Source of the DNA: Calditrichaceae bacterium
GTDB lineage: Bacteria; Calditrichota; Calditrichia; Calditrichales; JBFXGD01
Direction of reading: 5' to 3'
DNA length: 21,879 nucleotides
Assembly: GCA_050178385.1 (NCBI GenBank)
Contig: JBFXGD010000049.1
Span: forward strand, 1-21,879
This document shows, piece after piece, positions 1-9,210 of this stretch. Every line of letters begins with the position of its first letter. Positions within the stretch are counted from its first letter, which is position 1. The notes under the pieces were generated by a model that had not been told where the DNA came from, searched no databases, and worked only from the letters and a program-made list of their open reading frames with translations. The position numbers were made by a program, and so were the translations under genes.

Positions 1-2
1 TC

Positions 3-563
3 AGCGCCTTCAATCAGGTGGTGCTGACATGGAATACGCAGTCCGAGCTTGAAAATCTTGGATTCAATGTTTACCGCGCGCGTACCGCCGAGCCTGAAAA
101 CTGGATAGTTTTAAATGAAACCATGATCCCGGGTCAGGGAACCTATACTCACGCGACCGATTATGAGTATGTTGACCGGAATGTCGCGGCAGGCGAAGCA
201 TATTTGTATAAACTGGAATCAGTCAGTGTTTCCGGGCTCCGTGTCGATGAAAGAACAATAGAAGTGGCGGTGCCGGTACCTGATCAGTACGCTTTATTCA
301 AAAATTATCCAAATCCATTTAATCCGACCACAAATATCCGTTTTCAGCTGCCGGATGTGCAAAATGTGAAGCTGGCCGTCTATGATATAAGAGGCAGTCT
401 TGTTAAAACGGTGGTCAATAATCAGGCTTTCCCCGCCGGTGAACATACGGTGACATGGGACGCGACTGATAACAACGGCAGCCGCGTGGCAAGCGGAATG
501 TACATATACCGATTTGAAGCGGGAAAATTCAGCAAGATTGATAAAATGATATTGCTGAAATAG
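3..563 (+). CDS. 5'-truncated secreted protein with an Ig/Fn3-like domain and a C-terminal T9SS type A-like / FlgD-Ig sorting domain
   Basis: The frame is open back to the window edge (agc gcc ttc aat cag gtg...), so GTG at 18 is probably not the start. It has a 'VVLTWNTQSELENLGFNVYR' motif, then the typical CTD 'NYPNPFNPTTNIRFQLP...VYDIRGSLVKT...WDATDNNGSRVASGMYIYRF...KMILLK'. Confidence 0.9.
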   Translation, partial: SAFNQVVLTWNTQSELENLGFNVYRARTAEPENWIVLNETMIPGQGTYTHATDYEYVDRNVAAGEAYLYKLESVSVSGLRVDERTIEVAVPVPDQYALFKNYPNPFNPTTNIRFQLPDVQNVKLAVYDIRGSLVKTVVNNQAFPAGEHTVTWDATDNNGSRVASGMYIYRFEAGKFSKIDKMILLK

Positions 564-578
564 TCCCAAAGCCGACAT

Positions 579-610
579 AAAATTGGGCAGATTTTTCTGC
601 CCATTTTTTT
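579..610 (+). terminator. Rho-independent terminator
   Basis: Perfect 8-bp stem TGGGCAGA (584-591) / TCTGCCCA (596-603), 4-nt loop, then T7 (604-610). The stem starts about 20 nt after the stop at 563. Confidence 0.9.
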
Positions 611-713
611 ATATAAATAATTAAAATGTGAAATTATTACTAAATTTAGCGCAAAAGATTACGATTACTTACATATTAAGTCAGATTGCGGATTTATATA
701 TAGAAAAGGATGT

Positions 714-3700
714 ATGGAGACAGGATTGAGAGTACCCGGAAAAGGTGCAATGATGCATGCCGTTCTAAGCTGGGTTTTTGTACTGTTTTTTCTGATTACC
801 GGATCGGAGTTTCTGGGAGCCGCGGAATACAGGGAAAAGGTGGTTCAGGCATCAGAAAACAAACTTGTTCTAAAATTTGAATTTGATGAGCCCGAATTAG
901 TTGCGGATGACGGTAAAATATTCGCGAAATACGATAAGTCGGGATTCATAATCGATAACCAGAAAGCTTTTCTGCCATATATTACCCGGTTTTTTAATCT
1001 TGCCGGTGAAGAAGCCCGTTATAAAATTTTAAAGATCAGCACCAGGCAAAAAACAGTCGAAAATTATCTGATATCAAAAGATGACGCCTCACTGAATATT
1101 GATGAAAAAGTCAGCGTTGAATATCTTGGAAAATATCGCGAAGTACCTGTTTTCTCTCTTAAGCTCTTTCCGGTATCTTATGATTCGCGTACTTCGGTTC
1201 TGGAATGGATTGAAAGTATTGAACTGGAACTGTCGACAAGCGCCGAAGGAACAAGCATCGGTAAAGCAGGCAGCGGAAGCAGGGAGTTTTTGTCCACGCT
1301 GCTGGTAAATGGCGACAGAACGCTTTTTAAGTCTCCTGAGTCCACAACACTCTCCAAGATTAGTGAATTTCAGATAAATACTCTGCTCAATGCGCAATCC
1401 GATCTGTTTAAAATCGGTGTAAAAGAGACCGGTATTTATAAAATCACCTATGATGATCTGCTTAAAGTGAATTATCCTGTTACTACAATTGATCCCAGAA
1501 AATTAAAATTAGTAAACAGGGGAATAGAAGTTCCGGTTTATTTCAAAGGAACCGAAGACGGTACATTTGATCCGGACGATTATTTTGAATTCTGGGGTGA
1601 AAAAAACGAAAAAACATTTTTGAGCCAGTATCCGGATGTTTACGCCGATCCGTTTACCGATACAAATGTGTACTGGCTGACTCTCTCAACATCCAACGGC
1701 CTCCGCCTGATTGATGAAAGCGGCGGTATTGTTGAAACACGGCAATATCTAAGGCCGTCCTATTTCCGGGAGACACTTCATTTTGAAGAAGATAAATATC
1801 ATGAAAATTTCGGACAGCCGACAGCGAATTTGAATCATCCGGCCTATGAAATCGACCACTGGTTTTTTGACGGTGGCATCAGTTCGGTTGAAAGCCGGTC
1901 TTACACTTGTAATTTACCCTATCCACTTGATTACGGATCCGCTGTGACTGTCAAAGCCATGTTCCGCGGTAAATCATATTACAGTTATCCGACCAATCTG
2001 TTGCAGGGGCATCAGGTTACGGTCTGGTTAAACGAGCAGAGAGTCGGCCAGGTTTTACCCGCGGATAAATGGGAAGGTCAGACATCGAGGTTAATCACAA
2101 ATGCCGCGGGTGCGCTTTCCCAATCCAATCTTGAAAGCGGAGACAATGTTTTTCGCGTGGATATGGAACAGAGCGGCGTAACGGATATTGTGCTTCTCAA
2201 CTGGTTTGAAGTCTCCTATCAGAGATTGTTCAGAGCTGATAAAGATTTTATAAAATTTAAAGTTCAGGAAGGTCTTCCCCTTGATTATATTGTTCAATTT
2301 GAAATTGATGGTTTTTCAAATTCAAAAATTGATGTGTATAAGCTTGGGGTCAGCAAGATCGGAAACGGAAGAATTGATTATTTTAAGAATGAGCTAAATC
2401 GCTATTCCTACCGTTTAACGATTCAGGATGAAATATTTGATCAAAAAACGACCTATGTGGCTGTAACTGAAAGCGGTAAGAAAAAACCGTCGTATATAAA
2501 AGCCTTTACACCCTGGAAAGAAAATAATCCAGCCCTTACCCTGACAAATACTTCTAACGCGGCTGATTATCTTATCATTACCGAAAGTCTCCTTTATCAG
2601 AACGCGTTAAAATTGAAGCTTTTGAAAGAAGAAGCGGGCTACCATCCGGAAGTTGTTACGGTTGAGAATATTTATGATACGTTTAATTACGGAATTAAAT
2701 CCCCGATAGCCATTAAAAATTTTCTGACGTATGCATATCAGAACTGGAGTCAGACATATCCGTTAAAATATGTGGTTTTGACCGGTGATGCCTCGTATGA
2801 TTACAAGGGAAGCGGAGATCTGGTTCCGACCATGATGTTTGAGACAGAAAAATACGGCTCGGCATCATCCGATTACTGGTACGCGCTCATTTCGGGAGAT
2901 GATTATATACCCGATATAGTTGTTGCGAGAATACCCGCAAATACAAATCAGCAGCTACTGGATTATCTTGATAAAATTAATAATTACCAGAATAATCCGG
3001 TTGCAGGTGAATGGCGAAACACGTCATTATTTATCAGTGGAAATGACGCGGGTACACGGGAAAATATCACAAATAAGCCGGTGTTCAGGACACAGAATCT
3101 TCGGCTGATTAATATGAAAAACCAGGGTCGGAATTTTTCAAGACGTTTGAATACCGTCAAGAATGAAGAGATCGAGGGTGTTGATCCTGCTTATGGAAGC
3201 ACCACAGATCTGATTGAATATTTTGATGATGGTGTTTCTTATGTCAATTTTTTGGGACACGGTGGCGGCGGCATTTGGGCGGATGTTCAGTTGTTTGGAC
3301 TGGCAGATGTTGATCGGCTCAACAATGAGCATTACCAGCCGTTTATATCCAGCATGACCTGTTTTACCGGCGCCTTTGAGAATCCGGGTAAAGACGCTCT
3401 GGCGGAAAAGTTTGTTTTGACCGCGAAAAAAGGAGCTATCGGTATTGTGGCAAGCTCCGGGGTTGGCTGGACGTATAATGATTTTGCCATCGAGTGGGGA
3501 TTGTTCGATTATCTGTGGCAGGACGACTTAACATTCGGTGAGGCCGTTGATATGATGAAAATCTATTATCTGGCAAACCCGATTTATTACACGGAAGACG
3601 GCAGTTTCTACACATGGAGTTATAATTCTTTAAAATATTCAATGGTCTCTCAATATAACTTCCTGGGCGACCCCGCGCTGAAAATACAAAAACCGGCGCA

Positions 3701-5708
3701 GAGTCTTTCGGTTACGGTTGATAAGCTGACACCGGCGGCGGGTGACAGTATCGCGATTAGTGTCAATGGTCAGATCAGCGGTGGTGAGTTGACGCTGGAA
3801 ATAACAGATATTGATAACTATAAGATATTTGACATCACCACTTCCTATAATCAGGCAGGTGTGGTTGTTAAAGCAAAAGTACCGGAAGACAGACAGGGTG
3901 AATCCCTGTTTATTAAAGCCTATGTAAGCAACAATACGGAAGACGCGAGCGGATACAGACAAATCGGGGTTTCAAAGACAATTATTTCTGATATTACCGT
4001 TTCACCGGAAAATCCGCTTGTGAATCAGCCTATCTCATTCCGGATCACGGTGGAAAGCCCAACACCGGTTACCACGATGAATTTGATAAATTTCAGGAAT
4101 TTTGAATCCCTTGAAACTTATGGCGTAACGATTCCCATGGAAAAAATAGCGGATACGCTTTTCCAGTCAACAAATGATTTTCCGGGTTTTTCAAAAGACG
4201 GTCAAAAATATTTTGATATTTGGATTCAGGATCAGGGTGGTACTGAAACGACATTCAGATGGAATATTCTGTATATCGGCGATCCGCGTCCGGATTTGAC
4301 GATTGATCCGGAGAGCATCCGTTATAGTGGTAATGATCAATTGCAATTAGAATTTAAAGTGATAAACGATTCACGGGATGCGCTGTCAGATGTCGTTTTT
4401 ATGTGTTTTGATGATGAGGGACTGGCGTCCGGTGTGCCTTTTTATCAACAATCGGTTTCTCTGGGAGCCGGTGAAAAGAGGACGGTTTATGCCGATTATA
4501 ACCCGGCTGTTTTCCAGAATCAGCGGACATTTAAAATTGCCATGGATCCCGTAAATTCCTATGAGGAAAGGGACGAACAAAACAACGTATTCATCCGGAC
4601 GATTGAGACGGATCATTTTTATGTTGACTATCTGATGGGAACCAGCAAAAACGGTGTGCAGAATGATACGCTTCTACTCGCAAACATTTGGGGATATCAT
4701 ATACCTGCCGGAAGTATCACGGCTTCTTCAGTCATAAATTTTAACAAGACTGATATTAGTGAAATACTGGAAAACGGTGATCAGCAGGATTTGAAGTATA
4801 TCCGTCTTATGGGGCAGAGTGATACGAGCGCCGTGCAGATTACAATAAAAAATACAAATACGGTTTTTACAAGTCCCGCGATTTTAAGCGCTAAAATTGA
4901 TACATCGAAATACTCTGTGGCAGTTAGAAATAATCTCTCATTTTTCAGGTTTGATACATACCTCGGACTCTGGGTTAAAATTTCATCCGCTTTAAAAGGA
5001 GATGAACTGAGTACGGCGGTAAGCGCTTCCGGTATGTATGGTGTATTTAATTTTACGGATGAAAAATCACCGGTAATTGAATTAACCGCAAACGGGAGAC
5101 CGCTTGTAAACGATATGCTTGTAACAAATAATCCGTCCATAGCCATTCTGCTTCAGGATGAGAACGGTCTGAATTTTAGAGAAACATTCTTTGTAAAGCT
5201 GAACGGAGAAACCGTTTCACAAGATGAAATGACGTATCCCGACAGTATCCGTAACGCGAATACCATTTCCATTCTGACATCTCCAAAATTGACCAGCGGG
5301 GACCAGGAATTGGAAGTCACGGTCGCCGATGTTAATGGTAATATTTCAACGACAAAGTCCACTTTTCAGGTAACTGAAGGTTTTAATATAAAGGTTTTCG
5401 GAAATTATCCGAATCCCTTTGAAGATGAGACAATCATTTCATTCTTTGTTGACAGTAACGATGAGATTGATGATTTTTCCATAAAAATCTACACGACATC
5501 CGGAAGGCTGATCCGTTCAAGGATGCTGGAATTGGATGAATCGGTCGCCAGCGACAACATAAAAATGCCCTCATATCATGAGCTGATCTGGGATGGCACG
5601 GATGACGGTGGGAACCAGGTAGCGAACGGAGTTTATTTTGCCGTGGTAAAGGGCAAGTATAATGGTAAAACGGTTAAGCACACTCTTAAAATAGCCAGGC
5701 TTAAATGA
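714..5708 (+). CDS. PorU-like C25 (gingipain-family) cysteine peptidase/sortase with CARDB/Ig-like domains and a C-terminal sorting domain
   Basis: N-terminal signal-like hydrophobic stretch (true start may be ATG 750 or 753). PorU-like motif 'FKIGVKETGIYKITYDDL...IDPRKLKL...DYFEFWGE'. C25 core 'ADYLIIT...LKYVVLTGDASYDYK...SDYWY...VARIP'. Catalytic 'FLGHGG' (His codon 3258) and 'SMTCFTGAF' (Cys codon 3360), plus 'YNFLGDPAL'. CARDB-like 'PDLTID...DPVNSYEERDEQNN'. CTD 'NYPNPF...IKIYTTSGRLIR...WDGTDDGGNQVANGVYF'. Confidence 0.88.
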   Translation: METGLRVPGKGAMMHAVLSWVFVLFFLITGSEFLGAAEYREKVVQASENKLVLKFEFDEPELVADDGKIFAKYDKSGFIIDNQKAFLPYITRFFNLAGEEARYKILKISTRQKTVENYLISKDDASLNIDEKVSVEYLGKYREVPVFSLKLFPVSYDSRTSVLEWIESIELELSTSAEGTSIGKAGSGSREFLSTLLVNGDRTLFKSPESTTLSKISEFQINTLLNAQSDLFKIGVKETGIYKITYDDLLKVNYPVTTIDPRKLKLVNRGIEVPVYFKGTEDGTFDPDDYFEFWGEKNEKTFLSQYPDVYADPFTDTNVYWLTLSTSNGLRLIDESGGIVETRQYLRPSYFRETLHFEEDKYHENFGQPTANLNHPAYEIDHWFFDGGISSVESRSYTCNLPYPLDYGSAVTVKAMFRGKSYYSYPTNLLQGHQVTVWLNEQRVGQVLPADKWEGQTSRLITNAAGALSQSNLESGDNVFRVDMEQSGVTDIVLLNWFEVSYQRLFRADKDFIKFKVQEGLPLDYIVQFEIDGFSNSKIDVYKLGVSKIGNGRIDYFKNELNRYSYRLTIQDEIFDQKTTYVAVTESGKKKPSYIKAFTPWKENNPALTLTNTSNAADYLIITESLLYQNALKLKLLKEEAGYHPEVVTVENIYDTFNYGIKSPIAIKNFLTYAYQNWSQTYPLKYVVLTGDASYDYKGSGDLVPTMMFETEKYGSASSDYWYALISGDDYIPDIVVARIPANTNQQLLDYLDKINNYQNNPVAGEWRNTSLFISGNDAGTRENITNKPVFRTQNLRLINMKNQGRNFSRRLNTVKNEEIEGVDPAYGSTTDLIEYFDDGVSYVNFLGHGGGGIWADVQLFGLADVDRLNNEHYQPFISSMTCFTGAFENPGKDALAEKFVLTAKKGAIGIVASSGVGWTYNDFAIEWGLFDYLWQDDLTFGEAVDMMKIYYLANPIYYTEDGSFYTWSYNSLKYSMVSQYNFLGDPALKIQKPAQSLSVTVDKLTPAAGDSIAISVNGQISGGELTLEITDIDNYKIFDITTSYNQAGVVVKAKVPEDRQGESLFIKAYVSNNTEDASGYRQIGVSKTIISDITVSPENPLVNQPISFRITVESPTPVTTMNLINFRNFESLETYGVTIPMEKIADTLFQSTNDFPGFSKDGQKYFDIWIQDQGGTETTFRWNILYIGDPRPDLTIDPESIRYSGNDQLQLEFKVINDSRDALSDVVFMCFDDEGLASGVPFYQQSVSLGAGEKRTVYADYNPAVFQNQRTFKIAMDPVNSYEERDEQNNVFIRTIETDHFYVDYLMGTSKNGVQNDTLLLANIWGYHIPAGSITASSVINFNKTDISEILENGDQQDLKYIRLMGQSDTSAVQITIKNTNTVFTSPAILSAKIDTSKYSVAVRNNLSFFRFDTYLGLWVKISSALKGDELSTAVSASGMYGVFNFTDEKSPVIELTANGRPLVNDMLVTNNPSIAILLQDENGLNFRETFFVKLNGETVSQDEMTYPDSIRNANTISILTSPKLTSGDQELEVTVADVNGNISTTKSTFQVTEGFNIKVFGNYPNPFEDETIISFFVDSNDEIDDFSIKIYTTSGRLIRSRMLELDESVASDNIKMPSYHELIWDGTDDGGNQVANGVYFAVVKGKYNGKTVKHTLKIARLK

Positions 5709-6715
5709 GAAGATTTATAACTTTAACAATATCGGTCTTAATGTTGATCAATGTCGCCAGGGCACAGGACAGCAAATATGCCGGATCATTTCTTGAAATG
5801 GGGATCGGGGCAAGAGCGCTGGCAATGGGAAGCGCTTATGTCGGTCTGAGTTCAGATGCTTCAGGATTTTACTGGAATCCCAGCGGTCTCGCGTTTTTGA
5901 AAAATTATCAGGCAGCATCCATGTATGCCGATTTATTTGGTTCGCTCGAGAATCAAAATTATGTCAGTGTGGCGATCCCGATTTTTGGAGGAGCCACCAT
6001 TTCGCTGGCCTGGGTTCGTTTAAGTGTTGAGGATATCCCGCAATATGCGTTTGATGAAACTTCGAATGCTTTTCAGAGGATAACCGGTTCGGCATTACCG
6101 CTTGATGGTGACGCTGAAGGAAGTTTCAGCAGCTATGATGACGCTTATTATATTACTTTTGCGAAATATAAACGAATAAATATGAATTTGGGCTGGCAGT
6201 ATTTTGAAGTACCGATTGATTTCGCGTATGGCGCGAATTTCAAAATCCTGAGACAACAAATCGATGATAAAACCGGATCAGGGTTAGGTGTCGATTTAGG
6301 GATTCAGGTAAGAATGGCGCTCAGTGATTTGTTTGACGATGACCTGTATGGTGATCTTTCGTTTGGACTTAATGCTCAGGATTTGACCAACACGGAAATT
6401 ACCTGGGACACTGATTCAAAAAACCGTGATCAGGTTGAAAGAAATTTTAAGTATGGATTTGCTTATATTCAGCCACTGCAGTTTATAAAAAGCCGGTTCA
6501 CATTAGCATATGATGTCAATTCCAAATATGACGGTTCCACACATTTTGGCACGGAACTCTTGTATAATTCCATTTTGGCAATGCGGCTGGGATCTAACAA
6601 TGGTGATTTCACCACAGGAGCCGGGATATATTTCTGGAAATTCCAGTTTGATTACGCGTATCAGAGTCATGATTTGGGTAATTCGCACCGTGTATCAGTT
6701 TTATTCAATTTTTGA
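5705..6715 (+). CDS. PorV/PorQ-family (UPF0164-like, FadL-like) outer-membrane beta-barrel
   Basis: Signal peptide (..NVARA-Q). Family motif 'FLEMGIGARALAMGSAYVGLSSDASGFYWNPSGLA'. C-terminal beta-signal 'HRVSVLFNF' ending in Phe. ATGA overlap with the upstream C25 gene. Confidence 0.88.
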   Translation: MRRFITLTISVLMLINVARAQDSKYAGSFLEMGIGARALAMGSAYVGLSSDASGFYWNPSGLAFLKNYQAASMYADLFGSLENQNYVSVAIPIFGGATISLAWVRLSVEDIPQYAFDETSNAFQRITGSALPLDGDAEGSFSSYDDAYYITFAKYKRINMNLGWQYFEVPIDFAYGANFKILRQQIDDKTGSGLGVDLGIQVRMALSDLFDDDLYGDLSFGLNAQDLTNTEITWDTDSKNRDQVERNFKYGFAYIQPLQFIKSRFTLAYDVNSKYDGSTHFGTELLYNSILAMRLGSNNGDFTTGAGIYFWKFQFDYAYQSHDLGNSHRVSVLFNF

Positions 6716-6720
6716 GAGTT

Positions 6721-7488
6721 ATGAGAATTATTTATTCAATTTTGATTATGATGGGGCTTTTTGCCTGTACACAGCAGGGAACAACGGATAACGATCCTCC
6801 TTCAGCTCCGGTCATGGTGCTGAAAGAAGCCGGGGATGATACCCTGGCGTTTGAGAGAGGGATTGACGCTGTCCCCGGATTATCAGATAACTACAAAATT
6901 CAGATCATGTGGTACAGTCATCCGGAAGGCAGGAATTTGTCGCAATTCACCGTTTACCGTAGTACCGACCGCGAAGGCAAGATTCTTTACAGAGAAATCG
7001 GTTCAGTCAAGGTTGATAACGCGTCTTTTCAGGATACGGTCTATGTTGACGTATTGTTGGATACCGACAGTCCGTATTATTACTATGTAACTGCAGAAGA
7101 TGAACAGGGAAATGAGAGCGTGCCATCAGATACCGTCTGGTATCAACTAACAGAGAAAGCGCAATTAGTGACACCGAAAGGCACGATAATAACAAATCCG
7201 CCAATAGTTTTTGAATTTGTTAAGCAGGGAATTCCGAACGGGTATATATTAAGAATAGAAAAAGATTTAGGGCTGCAGGTGAATCCTCTGGCATATGTAG
7301 AATGGGTTGAGCCTCTCAAGGATTATGCCACATCGATCATTACCGACAGCCTTTCCGGAGAACAATTGAAAACCATCTTTAGTAACGGTAATTACCGCTG
7401 GAGAATTGATTTGTTTGAGATTGATCCTCTGCATTACGGATCAGAATCCAACTGGGAAACTTTTACGATCAACTGGAGCGATCAATGA
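6721..7488 (+). CDS. Lipoprotein with Fn3/Ig-like beta-sandwich domains, function unknown
   Basis: The ATG at 6721 (5 nt after the porV-like stop) gives the signal II peptide MRIIYSILIMMGLFA-C. Fn3-like motifs 'IQIMW...FTVYRS...YVD...YYYYVTAEDEQGNESVPS'. A second domain ends 'GNYRWRID...SESNWETFTI'. Confidence 0.8.
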   Translation: MRIIYSILIMMGLFACTQQGTTDNDPPSAPVMVLKEAGDDTLAFERGIDAVPGLSDNYKIQIMWYSHPEGRNLSQFTVYRSTDREGKILYREIGSVKVDNASFQDTVYVDVLLDTDSPYYYYVTAEDEQGNESVPSDTVWYQLTEKAQLVTPKGTIITNPPIVFEFVKQGIPNGYILRIEKDLGLQVNPLAYVEWVEPLKDYATSIITDSLSGEQLKTIFSNGNYRWRIDLFEIDPLHYGSESNWETFTINWSDQ

Positions 7489-7961
7489 AAAAATTTTTAC
7501 CGGTCATAGCAATTCTATTAATATTTTCTTTTGCTGAAGCGCAAAGTTTTGATACGCCTCAGGAGGCAATCGGTCAGTTTTCCGACCGGCCAGCTCAATA
7601 TATACTCGGAACAGGTGATATTCTTCTTGTGAATGTGAATCTTTGGGGTCATGTCCAAAGACCGGGAATTTACAGTATTCCAAGTTCCTACACTTTGATA
7701 GATTTGCTCTCGTCCGCTGGTGGACCCATGAAAACAGCCCGGCTTAATGACGTAAGAATTGTCCGCAAAAATGAAGAAGTTATACGCGTGAATGTGGAGA
7801 CATTCCTCAAAACGGGTAATATTGAACTTCTTCCGGTTTTGCAGCCCGGGGATACAATTATAGTTTCGGGGAGCATTCAGGATGTTTTTGCGAGGGTCGT
7901 GGGATTTATGAGAGATCTGGCTATAATTGTAAATGTATTTGTGATCGCAAGCAGAATTTAG
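7485..7961 (+). CDS. Exported stand-alone SLBB (soluble ligand-binding beta-grasp) domain protein, Wza/OPX-related
   Basis: Signal peptide (..FAEA-Q). SLBB motif 'VNLWGHVQRPGIYSIP...TLIDLLSSAGG...ARLNDVRIVR...LQPGDTIIV'. Hydrophobic/amphipathic C-terminal helix. ATGA overlap with the lipoprotein gene. Confidence 0.82.
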   Translation: MKKFLPVIAILLIFSFAEAQSFDTPQEAIGQFSDRPAQYILGTGDILLVNVNLWGHVQRPGIYSIPSSYTLIDLLSSAGGPMKTARLNDVRIVRKNEEVIRVNVETFLKTGNIELLPVLQPGDTIIVSGSIQDVFARVVGFMRDLAIIVNVFVIASRI

Positions 7962-7994
7962 CCAGTATTGATCTTTTATTTTATAAAACAAAAA

Positions 7995-8024
7995 TTGTAT
8001 TACTTAGGCATTAGATAATATATT
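7995..8024 (+). promoter_or_regulatory. Possible sigma70-type promoter
   Basis: TTGTAT (7995-8000) - N18 - TATATT (8019-8024), upstream of an AGGAG RBS and ATG 8074. The AT-rich context lowers specificity. Confidence 0.35.
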
Positions 8025-8073
8025 AATTGAAAAAATTCGCTCCGGTACAACTTATGGCTGATAGGAGTTGTAA

Positions 8074-9210
8074 ATGAAGAAAATAAGCGCATTGATTACC
8101 GCCTTATTTTTGTTCACTGCTGCAAATACACAGGCACAGGTATCAAATACTGAAGGTACGTTGTTCCATACGCAATCGGGTAAAACAACAGAAAAAGGAA
8201 CACTGATCCTCACAAATAACATGAACTTTTATACCACGGCGGGCGAATATATCGGCTCACTAAAACCGGACAATTTTAAAACCAAAAATTACTGGTTGGT
8301 CGCCGGCAATTTGGGCCTTAGTTACGGTATTACGAATCACTTTGATGTTTCTCTCGGACTCCGTGTTTATCAGGATACGCATTATTCAAACGAATACAAT
8401 CTGCCGGATGATTTATTTTTGACACTAAAACTGGGATCATTCGGGTCAAGCCGGAATCATTTCTATCAGGCTTTCAGCACAACGATGAGATTTCCGACAG
8501 GCGAGATACATAACTATCCTTTTGAGGAGTATGCAAGCGGGGCGATCGAATTCGGATTTTTGTGGGCGGCAACGTATTTCTCGGATCCGTATCTTCCAAG
8601 AAGGTCTTTCAGCCTGCACTTTAATATGGGTTGGTGGACTCATAATGAGAAGGGTACGACTGTTTATGAGTACGACGATGGCACAAAATTAGATGCAACC
8701 GTGAACTCAAACGAGCTAAGATTGGCCATGGGCGCGGTTTATCCGACAAGTTTATTTGATTACCGGATAGAATTAAGCGGGATCATTTATATCACCGATC
8801 CCGATCGTTTCGTGTATAGCGCGGAGGAGTGGTCGTTTCTGACACCAAGTATTCGCTACAAACCTTTTAGCTGGGCATCGTTTGATCTCGGCGTTGATAT
8901 ACGTCTGTCGCCGGAGAGACAATTTACCAGCGGTGTTCCGGATTTAAGTTCAGATTTAAATCTACCGGGCAGTTATCCGCCCTGGAAAGTCCAGATGGGA
9001 GCTAATTTCACATTCGGACTATCTAATCAAAAAGCGAGTCAATATCCGGATTATGAGCGCAGAGAATATCAGAAAAAAATAGAATTGATCGAATCGGTTA
9101 TTGAAGAACAGGAAAAGGCTGAAAAAGCTCAAAAAGAATTTGAAAACTTGCAAAAAGTGCGAAAAAACACGGATAAAGCAATCGAAGATTTACAGAATGT
9201 TCTGGAATAA
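8074..9210 (+). CDS. Predicted outer-membrane beta-barrel protein with C-terminal coiled coil (paralog A)
   Basis: AGGAG RBS and signal peptide (..NTQA-Q). Many amphipathic, aromatic-rich beta-strands (GNLGLSYGIT, FDVSLGLRVY, FSLHFNMGWW, SFDLGVDIRL, WKVQMGANFTF). The last ~55 aa are an E/K-rich heptad-like helix. Clearly homologous to the next gene. Confidence 0.7.
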   Translation: MKKISALITALFLFTAANTQAQVSNTEGTLFHTQSGKTTEKGTLILTNNMNFYTTAGEYIGSLKPDNFKTKNYWLVAGNLGLSYGITNHFDVSLGLRVYQDTHYSNEYNLPDDLFLTLKLGSFGSSRNHFYQAFSTTMRFPTGEIHNYPFEEYASGAIEFGFLWAATYFSDPYLPRRSFSLHFNMGWWTHNEKGTTVYEYDDGTKLDATVNSNELRLAMGAVYPTSLFDYRIELSGIIYITDPDRFVYSAEEWSFLTPSIRYKPFSWASFDLGVDIRLSPERQFTSGVPDLSSDLNLPGSYPPWKVQMGANFTFGLSNQKASQYPDYERREYQKKIELIESVIEEQEKAEKAQKEFENLQKVRKNTDKAIEDLQNVLE

